From an uncultured Eubacteriales bacterium (lineage in GTDB: Bacteria > Bacillota > Clostridia > Christensenellales > CAG-917): a stretch of DNA of 64,000 nt. The number at the start of each line of letters is the position of its first letter. Positions within the stretch are counted from its first letter, which is position 1. This document shows, in pieces, positions 49,901-51,747 of this stretch. The notes below the pieces were generated by a model. It was not told the DNA's origin, did not search any database, and worked only from the letters and a program-made list of their open reading frames with translations. The stretch spans positions 3,931-67,930 of the forward strand of contig URNP01000004.1 in the NCBI GenBank assembly GCA_900549225.1, in the 5' to 3' direction. A program made the position numbers and the translations under genes.

Positions 49901-50095
49901 GTCTTTGAACAACTTCCATGCATCTTGCGGACCTATGTACTCCGAGTTGCTCGGTTCGTCGTCATCTGGCGTCGGCGTAGGAATAACCGGGTTGTCGACG
50001 TTTCCGCCACCTGCATGGTCGCACGCTACCATGCCGAAAATCATCGTGATAATCAGCACGAGCAACAATACGAGCGATAACTTTCTCATTCTCAT
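22949..50095 (-). CDS. giant (~9,048-aa, ~1 MDa) lipobox-anchored modular surface protein of unknown family
   Basis: There is no stop codon in 9,079 codons. The ATG at 50095 (Met32 of the track ORF) is preceded by GGAGGAG and a consensus promoter. Signal peptide MRMRKLSLVLLLVLIITMIFGMVAC is followed by a Pro/Thr/Asp spacer. The body has ~14 diverged modules and the C-terminus an Ig-like array. No LPXTG or other known anchor is present at the C-terminus. Confidence 0.97.
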   Translation of the reverse strand: MRMRKLSLVLLLVLIITMIFGMVACDHAGGGNVDNPVIPTPTPDDDEPSNSEYIGPQDAWKLFKDAALLEAGAEKDKQYINVDTAFVLGFAKDSYESLIVARFAGKIDRVNDDNSQILVEFWKLGKDQIAGRTLDRQTITDMAKDGKGTMLFGAYYYNGKLVADMRGIKKGDGVHVVYTDTINMSTFVARFSDALEQLDLSSILYDTIMGYDIGGLVNSLIKIDIAHLTVEELLVNILFGSSKSTLVDYGNGRQVLRIPCDLGLIVTLIPFVQGLIPENIIGLVKDVLGLDLGKIGALAGVALYLEADIYNGSLKETNFSIDVNLNSSGIPDIQEKYGTFQSEFGIDLGYAKAEFAGTPDLDVKDILANRTGSDGKTLLEAIETAQQYSFLTLDGAITLSLDFAQKKVSIDNVVDSFGTLISNLLKQNLDAELLAALQPLFAKEIDFASGTVQLTITLQGEINTRNPEDTKLAVRVLGRDNRERLSALYKGSLNGIYIDASGLLGSNGTKFKIDDINVNQLLDDLIGQLFDKIKGAIDGLKGDATSQAARDYFADGMKAQAIQQALVDNGELIVQHGAFESADGDGSVDVLALVSTILDHINVDMDENIFNINGIQFDLTRDLLETIFGMVFTGNNIGADIPISEASLTYTNKGAQQEKSIKLDATLGIREYNETHTDFTLDPLIGLGLSIDVTFGKITNQGQFEKNFTDLEQDLADNPGAYLPILKNGALNTDLLHVNLSTGLSIDIDTLKGKLAEISIDLPDQELGNLFKGVLVNVLLELDNIEGGLKLDVNADLDLTGGLDTSAILDILLKSSAKIAITRRSDVEGNNPLLAIYLQDGWAYLKADLLCINVKEIKIDVKELIGMLGLDGDGSQNDAQEAAVADETTPKDGLNVNSILGFVAGIIDGFKLGNHAFEVVLAAGLFDKVLNILGLSYDQTYWLDLNGEYVSFADTSRNTDEFYLKSGKFYTFSTAANGTHWFDVATGKYIAKSAQSAPANYALSGKFYTFNESDNTYTEATEENGTHWYDVATKQYVAKNTQAAPANYALSGKYYLVEAADNGEYWFDIATNQYVAKSTQAASENYEKSGKYYSYDSSSGEYNAAANGEYWFNIATGKYVKTATLTPYKAFGGKEYYHNDFYNDYREVQNNVKIGFASTDFDGGIRIALNDGLYLPDFQLGIFLSLGNNVSLDLSLNGLSAGLNDKTTDYLENDKLQKDSFTEILEYPFVGLDLTLGIEFTADQGSRELVFGEGKYWLNENGEYIEIEKTPVPSTYTGVLYYKDSNGNFKEENITKATLAFDSEMDINYELRVAGQLDLSPILKYLLFKETQINTKNNHSELLVELTGKKFGQDRKVLLGIYYTSGVLYLDASNFGLGKIQTEIDLYEVILSLLVKDTTVSVNGTATAEALIASATGVDDTDARRALALDIIATLSSDNVKLQIAKGLTDIVYQIIGIDASDITAWAQIAWANVKDKFDNKPVRVGVDINTDEGQKLAGAEIYIGTTVKSADGATLNPLELTIGGSAIEPIKIVRDGEAAQTMAQYITSEDEDVYESIPLFNDYGDITIPSIYAEIKGTFSVGAHQGNTSWTVGEWIASFLDESNPQLNSFIRQLLLTYSVPVEAGAEIGFRIALNANLNPDVPVDLTQNAVFKKYANSELANLARFVEVYKLDGTKYTLLTDEERDLTSDKKYAGDVYLKQYVTGGIALNEVTDLAYRGEGYVLVDDAYVKVNITDENANQFANDRVFTKASLLDIAYIASHSDIAIEIYNRSIVDIDAMTNQDKIEHVILALRLQSTGENAQGNAVSTVYLDLSNDFHVALSNIDLGALLGGLIGGGNSSEAGATTMADEESGGIDIMGILGSVLGGIIGYIGVGSDGLQINFAEGLIVTLVQMLAGKQVDPEKFIKLNSDRSYLALAWKNDYNIRLNAEISPVYIGLEISEINLALGKEGGVLPEDFDSTIYTTVENLDTLSLNLDLGLDLKIKGQKEQIRIENYLDLFIKDLGIELGLDMYDDIEYDVRISLGANLALNEPNDTNIVLEISLNDNDTVIKNIIAVYIEGQNVYFDLGDLGREPFYLEKTNISEVVCDAIVKLLGDIKSQINNSEASTASDESTLSAEEQMQVVLNIADGKLSALVMQNVLVGLIAALTSKGESDLKVDENLEKLDLDIQVGVDLQLDPSISLDINVDSKLIALGVNIGNIDVATGKNEDGAYGTIKNKARKGIDKFVELTETEKDTYKGDRYRLDATGKYVKADDGAYRSYYKGLQEAHIIALDLSLIVDYYASATYVLVTDKKALESFSPQDRYSLNYDGRFVQDDNGSYIRDGFAFDELLNLVLGMDGLQSILNTMLPQIRINTDNEEFKAEIIKDKFSVGDLLKRLGLNLMLSDKMDDGFKLDVKARLNLQAMGMEDITKIDFGNLDVNTILKGLEASIGIDFDYEHEQSNAYLNIYLLNGDVYVDLAGIGGPRVQVGLFELLGRLGVDLASSSDASTADDTTTGDTQDKGLDVAQLLNTIVSKLVLSAAPWKADSNINKIESLGVFLRANFINDLLSMLFKQEVNSENAVIDEAQSGIFLYPQTAELFKGYLDNALALQLKLALANKKDPIKDEDGNTRPFTFDLKLGVDAKVGLESVNDYQTLLDNDERLEFISLDDYIANILALIGGFRGENYQRETELVDNGIYYAFNESEGGEYLLKTGMYRKPNFNVDANGAFVFDEATGEYRLIGEGEVLEEGTKRYSKEDLTGVTMYARSYATVQTSAEDGKQYAYYVNYVQSEDDDAVYVYDAQNDIYVNRNDANAPQSTVFYKRVLEAMTVTETDADGNVTTRNALAKEAKLYKKCGQETYQDQNISLSVSGLIYFNSASAEVVNAGGLLPNAFRDMIINLQTLSAFNAGIGLRISANIDLAALDLQGLASGGSFGDFIGNSDLSKVELAIQFVEVDSEGYFAKYDTAKGTKDGNDKVLGGMYLSGGTFYLDLTGVVGTAENYSKIENFVDFAKKVIDKFGSKGGDKENNGAQTASDEQDLRSATRDAVVLLAYSDAQFQIQITKALIAFVLATFMPDLGSLEEVFDVFNVSLGVDIGQPVYKSLADLQNSDNLDDQDLYKKFTTDDEYKQHRYKYYGTEDLSQVVKTDAYYVAGGKYYQAATTDVCEVTVDGESGTVKPTEGALKTRYADGKLPEGKTFGVYLNGTYTVITKVVEGKYIHSNANYYAKVAGIDGPISLRSYRMYRKDANGTESVTDTYIAGDTYVRYNGEERDIEELRSRLFGYVKDVNGDWYRTVNLYSSISDFYLGLDVAIGCVNMGLKLGGIELGVGAGNNLLPAYIRDGKAHSRIVDGKDIEYTDELTEADKEAYDDIPTNMFYDTIITVGFSVELELGITEGTLDFGKILSKIVGDLTGVVVEMPSTTKGYSSAHFRLDVSLMVDIYDLTKSELKIELINVTETGYESLWLGAYYVNNTIYLNLEEAFNIQKVAIGGLNIAEILKDYIIDFDDEELFVAGNRAKDASTDEASVAADANGSDISLSDKELAFSMLINKDLLTLKLGDKLFDTILEYIPEELLGFDIKDLFYQEINGGLQVELDTSDSINLSVDVALGLDGDRYNKDSDYTESTEATLAEKVKNGTSKYYVFRKSETGTGNYVKESAGSNFVRAIKPDDSSEIKAADNRYDKYIVNCDESTNRLYLLKVVDNGKGDGSEVYDTTKLSMLEGEAVYKHVAGAVANKSYVSDGGKYDTTLKLSLAIKNLDVAFTNSRTYVLSGDELAEYTNMDDVDRFTLSETIDITAQFKSGKDNEIDLSAVLQAFFPSLTDDQLLVIKAQSDKGGDIDRSLQLVVDADIQVAALLNFMRTELVKYAGDDDQFDGDMDLFTVIDLLKKVIENIDKTQLVNLIADIASYVNLSVRLQTKGGNDSDYHDMLGIYMVGGTFTLLDESKGELDENNENYVDPSERYDHYFETKNGSYSLESGKYNYIRSSEYSGTRYSYDSSYCYKNEKGRYKRENGGLFVDLSYFNIPSLRVDANEIRKLVSGLFKPNSTDAMATADDTTGDDTPDDGEKEKISFPLVKDDKILGYIRTFAYGLQITSRYIKVLAKADYINSILSLVMGENAIQFDDSKFVNQPNVTLYTDNTRYSYTSAQDIVDEFKREYGKATTESAKKELVKNLEKTLTKSKYLYDVTGYTGEGAQNKGIYYKAADGAFVQKSEMAETERKAYDEQVQNGRASYYDVKKVNVYIKLAEGVYVLYADATQTQLNKCEKVADLQNDYLVRVPKLYYYASEKAEEPVAVNFRYSVVQPLQARNEFLSVNLYLWNHKLSVAINAPKINVTKFQYVTGEEAKNKLSFENIADGARYINTEEVIYTSVDKVTDGIGNWKFDYYENDEFSTTKYKDGPRFYEYKDKYIEINPDTLFVKDGDGKYQKAAADWTSMPDFIGEMEKDSAKEYYVDATSAYVRIQRVFIYKKEVYNTEKKVLLSADDKVEDSDYFIKVQQNSSVEKPDFSKTEYADYAYKEYVDSDNLYYISLALRGSLFLQAGKIYLPYKDYAEVYKSIRKVEPTFEFIKNKGIAYKKFQGDYVKVTEKDDLAKLNENNGLFVLVNGELDEKYSGVNEALGDVLGSILGAMKGKFQIAEDMTFNIYFSLRLNLGFKLYILPSFGIDIRDLDVAIDVWGEQNDLMADGNYVTSEDRDANKYDGKLLDGTKPHILGIYYDNDQDTGKAGLYVDAEALLGKDAKLFVDMSEYSLEDVLTGLVANIGSNNAADAAVASDSVTDKNPDKQDPDAASLFINIFTNAIALNVTSGFAKVLLNELIADSASITSMLPNLKVYLKQNLNPYDITIGAILFNERGDIPVLNLGLNIQGLNGVAGESSSIEFGRKEDILNMQQGSNAIFYYANFYRDNGNTDYSNYYGKNYNAKDYVKLFKDKVGNEYYYKGVTYEELSDSEKDTYEGTIYKKKDNKYEELADSEKDTYEGKLYKKASGYTLVKSDDGYTATAKVGGEYAIYASKDGTVAGPEDRYMKAAPVMSEVLTSRQTAYKGDLYTDVDGIYMLVYERLNDIAGNNHLGEKYREYRELVSNNQFRSFTGTLYTVDNNGNFVRVNKDELQGFTGDGNLQYVLASDYPSENANEKGAGKEVVYNGQKYYRIDPNGNGYTDMDEADAFKAAHANVKVYKQVTDFTNYTKALALNLGDLLGGGAFDVASVLAELNTVELGLNFDIRTTLDDVINWTYQFTKFIDDKTICEYLYFIATSLKNNAEFQSLIGLNLDLKAYLQTANLVKMISGDTSVGILQVLEGAKIYLELTYETNFHGEQKPKALLWVEIKDGKLYLNIDASQIGDIVGWGDFFSYGVVKGLDLSSILGTSATSASAQAFTAADDEEANTGLIPANVWSILNVVLGRLLIANDFITVGLNETLIADLIGMLAGSDSEILQGIGEFLPKLRTTDTKDTSGITINFYGNSPSIDINLGFKVGMLYYETVANFNAMYGASGKYFNGSNWSGKTFVKDANGEYTQGTGADDDNTYVLVSTDDYALVAYAYPAWSGDTYDYENGEFVKHTATGTKGAYLKQGDFAIAISLGKIYARVNKDFSVDKDEKFADITYVESENGAYVKDGENYRLATADDKGTRYEKQVSYDKYVGLKNAKAHLELSIDISLYGSAPKEGSANEIDLSEILDLVMGLINPNSAVSGSTLKLNIVNELGNNTGAYLTLDLVANIDVEKFKVDLGIELNKHSKGATADRTLLGIYLVDNAIYVDLSGILGNTAKVAVTDINLDGLLEGVLGKFLNESNGAESMQAQTANSGDIDTIKDTMKDYAYFMINVTPQKLLLQLNSDLINAIYRKIMAIRGLDSTKDLLPDIGDILFRMDATGGKTEFSLNIRLSDGLYFCLDIPAASITKDISQSILSRFEVNPSSYIKILSLDLEALVNGTGTFNISDLNLPTIGLTLTLDLTMTSKNLKPGQDGYRESLAGWVQDLLANLLGGQAIFGKFSELTFVDANTLKDSDGKVHDGKVYVKNSEGAYEVFTGTSYDSSTTYYKYTLADVNITMASEAINLTIDIAANINIAPILAYGIGGILFSDIAVDIKAGDPINSTILSVYYLGSSRLMKKTSGSGWELTTGSYDSYTKDEIYSDALYIDASGLGLGKIKFQGIAGLLGATPSYGASTASDAVASVDASTSDADASAEAKAAASGSALYLQIDIENGRLGMSFDNAFISTLIDMLGLDLGDITLPPIKSVKLDVNLGAGGLESINLNAQLDSVGTGANVAIKNFALGFGQSKVDSEKLIESVKTGYAGLTFSKTSGLMSLVQNVIDNLKPGLNLEIQNTVWSAYTGWVSLGFVGVPRIYSGYEHSTITLSGKKDYTATNLVEDASNPSAKSYKLLLGLGLNRASVKDTVGLNVIFGGNNVFLSDIKVGGNTVDLVSGIPAIGAYLKCLDLGTLLADAFPLKLVSGTDGDDATYEYPSAKTAADTSTQASSGWNDPVKKESYSYPANLENLIKSVDVNLFNNNGYWPYFAGAKKASNGAGKISLKVELNKDAYNELIIMVSCILMNLMRNGDNNADSKSSGSNVYFVNVKDIGSATDISPSDKPYGTTTKPITDFFDGLDTLLAKNATTQEKVDYVEPYMRSIPFALLKWAMECIVGPAINMDGIWGAIQRLAGDTLENLTKLIGGILPLPFASGTINPSINIYIDINPTASDYGCNSGETVAPGIQAIEIMVNGKKNGIGTEMLYNEKVGSGTGDFNFATRPTKQTSNVKDAWDFFMLRITPYSINHADYKTGLLYFDESESAGNIGVEPPTEIVIEDPATRKGYAISGGARKDFELRDSFFLDETLFPQKATVTFPIIIDGKQMTSYNSGSQYQDATGTYIVWDGASVDLTAANSETADEDGRRLAGYVYGYALNTVLYAIPVYVTNDKEVQSVKGLYRNGDGTYGTKNLNIDIDTQSSKFMAELPDLVQISFSTGKATFGTYLQDSLGNMAYAVINPISGAPSENGYQILVQPTQEEIDKGAAANVNKDGNKYVLMPAYVAGLVTEQDANGNTVYKTIKVKNASGEEVEYYVLSRSNLPTGKQFPAGTIEWNTDEFTYDWQGSTSWNTDSASNSVKVGFTYQWGLGKAVKGSIELSAKNYKISHLTQMMKADATGEADTASAEKFTNARDNNGNYSTVLNLDAMLINANTWKLAEYIKQFKFINSKNVAGKNMNGYDVEWDLTELEKALDAIARKNDNGDIVGYDYYKGVDVTVKAKVGGNRFSISTTVTKKTIGDETSGFVGQKTTYTGGLAQEVNVRIVVNPFVYDSMSKAITFDQYSYDKITVASLGNNFVLNVKDASGNKVEKTLTVGNGLRVEAPFIKAGETYYDAYDNGVHNLTSDEITYEGYTNQRTYPLYAKLTIGTDYSGTQEIYVPIEVNALKPTTLALNVEHEDTLNPTWYENERYQSFSVSFGTATHTMFPDWSTVKYYTNAACTKLKAEQNIFDGGTIYAQVEAYTTLDGTKDGTKLALVNSGKVDEDGNAIYTAQTITLKLSVEKQTVKSVNFFYNEAIGDVAAYVRANADDQAKLDILKEALANVSNYEGTVYQQTHAIDEVAYGIDPINFAKNPSDYFKTSKWGDALGGTPVLVTLDKGEPYIAYVQSFDGIVSSVGIEGVEKTAYLTIGGQKVSFRINMPDYTFTSGTFNDGESKLNVTGGKIAGVGEETIQLSYNVFDEWKLPSTAKVTTGEGKGETEVEVKWIDYSAPNKDELNGRDYVERKYFFFDGLSIRYPSADAFTARIYVTGFNAAVDVKPDGMCNADGTLKAYDAFDKFTFATTATVEIGETTHYNVPLHWLDTSMPTAEEIKNGSFTRKAYVTGQSANGETVVKDFTFTINNEFTLDSITGDSKNGFSVDIDADHFYGGLIKSTTLNVTDKKIPVTLAWSDDYTAAGFDGNMTLTISSDALTSDVTIKVKVASAGIEGLVGGKDYTLDPYGVNSTLFPSGSTQRVKVKSASADKTVQDQLVTVEYDFGGEDFYANISQYFGKKYTVGVRYRYNAGKNENVETGEIKVTVLNRSIMYMSDYENRSIVVDTFLHKDASYLAKVMSITTVGGDVFDAHFDWSDVDKLIKNGTSNTAYMATAVVPVSHANGTHVLADIGNGEEYVALEDYLEFKRKTDANFELPEGTTRYMLAKQRVNVPVTVLERTIVDAELKLDDTGLKYLYSDSSKYSTITDTLVGESGDGRYIDIVYNKTTGMPEQYVYYNHFAYVGADRLPDTMTLKFANGDVGNYYITYENAPEASDLKDLSATLERTMTVHVWNERGEGEDRREVMDAFEMTIRICVSKVTLTNSDLAYKEMSVGTYKNNKDVYVDRDSDTSVFNTAKYASEATYYVGAQFVSAYAWWNEGKIANGSGYDYTSTYLKRHGFTDTDGVYPGIYSVYGGFATESDYAHVKFYVYNADTKNYVKFAGDVNTIDPKTFKTADGQDLYLFTYVTTQTFDVTWNAEKAEYTYRGGNVAVEATLASRAQGNATGTTVDVTVHIANSRLTGEAQLVKGDTYALYKNGVFEIDPYASGNVFARKTGYSGDRYEKSSVATSGYVKNNLDGTYKLVNGEYVELTVAELNRDYVNFPTRLNVALANGKSVDVPVVWDFSGVNVTYAGGEYYAYAIVNYGGEYNYKANDKSAVNEIGTQRIRFTVKVLDRSVESIVSDSELQKLTGYALATDKTYINPYEYIKPTMPDSLTFKERTGKIVDGKAETADVVYTTRNASHLLVWSFDEFRPKYTGGVIYVTAKLIGVDGNVQEYKIPFLVKKMIANNLEEATTGKDSSGNTILTKVSNGYSTTVENSTAKTAFSLDPNNPKRLTMPFTYIATFSVSTPKYERNADGEYVISGYEAAANETLEFYYAIVSMPADEQYTVSASGITTTASGRNAIVQLADQERITVGITQINDNVKPTAPEASSLRNGTTLQTTYSVGSVKVNVVWFGKAYVYTASKTNPTLEASYDVMFSSTSGTLTLPTSSDRKIVYKLYAAIGTVVDNNGTVLTTTTADADWKNGSDVIVAKGKTIPQYQAVTGMIEI
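46703..47200 (-). repeat. four tandem 38-47-aa Tyr/Trp-rich repeats inside the giant gene (aa 997-1162)
   Basis: SGKFYTF..NGTHWFDVATGKYIAKSAQSAPANYAL repeats four times with variation. The repeat is also visible at the DNA level. Confidence 0.85.
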
Positions 50096-50159
50096 AATCT
50101 CCTCCGAAACATACGCCTCTACGCGTGTAGCGCATATGTGTAGATTATTATACAGTCCA

Positions 50160-50188
50160 ATTATACGTTTTTTTTCGCTGTTTGTCAA
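50160..50188 (-). promoter_or_regulatory. consensus sigma-A promoter of the giant gene
   Basis: Minus strand reads TTGACA (50188..50183), a 17-nt spacer, then TATAAT (50165..50160). The 5' UTR is ~58 nt. The RBS GGAGGAG lies at 50105..50099. Confidence 0.75.
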
Positions 50189-50564
50189 TACTTATCTCAT
50201 TAGAATAACGATTACAATACCTTGTGGTGTGAGCGATTCACTCCCACAACCTATTGCGTAAAACGACGAATTTCGTGCCGATTTTCACTCACAAACACCG
50301 AAAAATCGCCGTTTTTCCTTTATTTCCCGCAATTTTGCGATTTTGCTTGCTAAAATTGCGATTTTTCGCATTCTAACCGCATATTTATCATCGATTCGTT
50401 GATTTTTGACTTTTGTTTTTACACGGATAGATTACGCGAAAGTTTTTTTGAAACGCAATAATTTTTCCGTTTCCGTTTCTTTGTGCTTTTTCGACCTTTT
50501 TCGCATAAATCACGGTATCTAACCGCGTATTTTTTATCTTCGCCGAGCACAAAGTCCGCGTCGA

Positions 50565-50593
50565 TTGACAGTGTGCAAGAATAGTGCTATATT
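50565..50593 (+). promoter_or_regulatory. promoter of the DUF1624 gene, positioned for a leaderless transcript
   Basis: TTGACA (50565-50570), a 17-nt spacer, then TATATT (50588-50593). The ATG at 50600 is only 7 nt after the -10 box and has no Shine-Dalgarno sequence. Confidence 0.65.
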
Positions 50594-50599
50594 CATTTT

Positions 50600-51655
50600 A
50601 TGCAAACGACCGTACAAAAAAATCCCCTTATCGCAGAGGACGCTCAAATCACTCTCGCGCCGAGGCATAAACGCAACAGAATCTGGGAAATCGACTTCCT
50701 CAGAGGCGTTTGCGTATTGCTGATGATTCTCGACCATTTGGCGATTTTGCTCGGTTCGTATTTCGGTCCGCAATGGTACGGTTACGGGTTCGGTCGCAGG
50801 GGCGTCGGCGACGCTTTCACTACGTTTTGTTACAACTGGGTAAACGGGAGCGCAAGCGATGTTCGCGACGTAATTCACCCCATCGTTCTGTTCGTGTTTT
50901 TCTCCATTTCCGGCATATCTTGCACCTTTTCACGCAACAACGCAAAACGCGGATTCCAACTGTTGATTGTTGCGTTGATTTACACGCTCGGCTCGTATAT
51001 CGCGCAAGAATATATGGGAATAAGCGGCGTTTTCGTGGCGTTCGGAGTGTTGGATTTTCTTGCGGTATCGATGCTTATCTACGCTCTCGTTTCTTTCTTG
51101 ACGAGGGACAATCGATGGGCAATGGTCGGCGCAAGCGTAGTGCTTATAACGGTGACTTTGTGTCTGTATTTTTGCTACACGCCGCCTGCAACGACTCCGA
51201 AAATATTCGCAATTGTGTTTCCCCCTCACGATTTCTGGGGCAATCCGTCGCTATTCTACTCTCACGCGGAGTTCTCTCCCGGAGATTTGTTTACACTCAT
51301 CCCCTACACCGCTTTTTATTTTGCTGGCGTACTTATCGGCGAGTTATTCTATTACGAAAGGCTGTCTCTCGTCCGCTTCGAACTCACGAAAGCGCTCTAC
51401 AAAAAGGCTTGCGACGCCCTCTATGCAAACGTAGAATCGGAGAAAGAATCGTTGCGTAACTTCTGCACGAATACGCTCACGTTTTTGCTCGGAGCAGGAA
51501 AAGTTGCGACTACAGTCGCAAAAGCAATAGAAAAAGCGGTTTGCTTCTTTGGCAAACACGCCTTGATAGTATACGTCGTTCACGTGGTCTTGCTTGCCGC
51601 GCTGTTGAGCCTGATAAGCGGCTTGTTTATCACACCCGGCAATTTTGGTATTTAA
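50600..51655 (+). CDS. DUF1624 / HGSNAT-like acyltransferase-family polytopic membrane protein
   Basis: The N-terminal RIWEIDFLRGVCVLLMILDH motif is characteristic of the family. About 9 TM helices. Confidence 0.75.
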   Translation: MQTTVQKNPLIAEDAQITLAPRHKRNRIWEIDFLRGVCVLLMILDHLAILLGSYFGPQWYGYGFGRRGVGDAFTTFCYNWVNGSASDVRDVIHPIVLFVFFSISGISCTFSRNNAKRGFQLLIVALIYTLGSYIAQEYMGISGVFVAFGVLDFLAVSMLIYALVSFLTRDNRWAMVGASVVLITVTLCLYFCYTPPATTPKIFAIVFPPHDFWGNPSLFYSHAEFSPGDLFTLIPYTAFYFAGVLIGELFYYERLSLVRFELTKALYKKACDALYANVESEKESLRNFCTNTLTFLLGAGKVATTVAKAIEKAVCFFGKHALIVYVVHVVLLAALLSLISGLFITPGNFGI

Positions 51656-51747
51656 TTATATTGCACCTACGGCGCAGTTGACGATGATATTCGTTTAATT
51701 GGGCACATAAAATAAATGCCCCTTCCTCACGTGTTTTTCCCCAAAAA

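Noticed and set aside
22949-50095. The giant ORF as an NRPS/PKS megasynthase, RTX or RHS/YD toxin, or phage tail fibre/tape-measure protein.
   Set aside because: No adenylation, condensation, KS or carrier-protein motifs, no GGxGxD nonapeptides and no canonical YD repeats were seen. It has a lipoprotein signal peptide, and there are no phage genes or toxin-immunity-like small ORFs nearby. The Tyr-rich hairpins only superficially resemble YD repeats.
50096-50188. The TTG start codon and 31 extra N-terminal codons of the longest-ORF model of the giant gene.
   Set aside because: The TTG is the first half of a consensus -35 hexamer (TTGACA-17-TATAAT). The RBS and the signal peptide both begin at Met32 (ATG at 50095).
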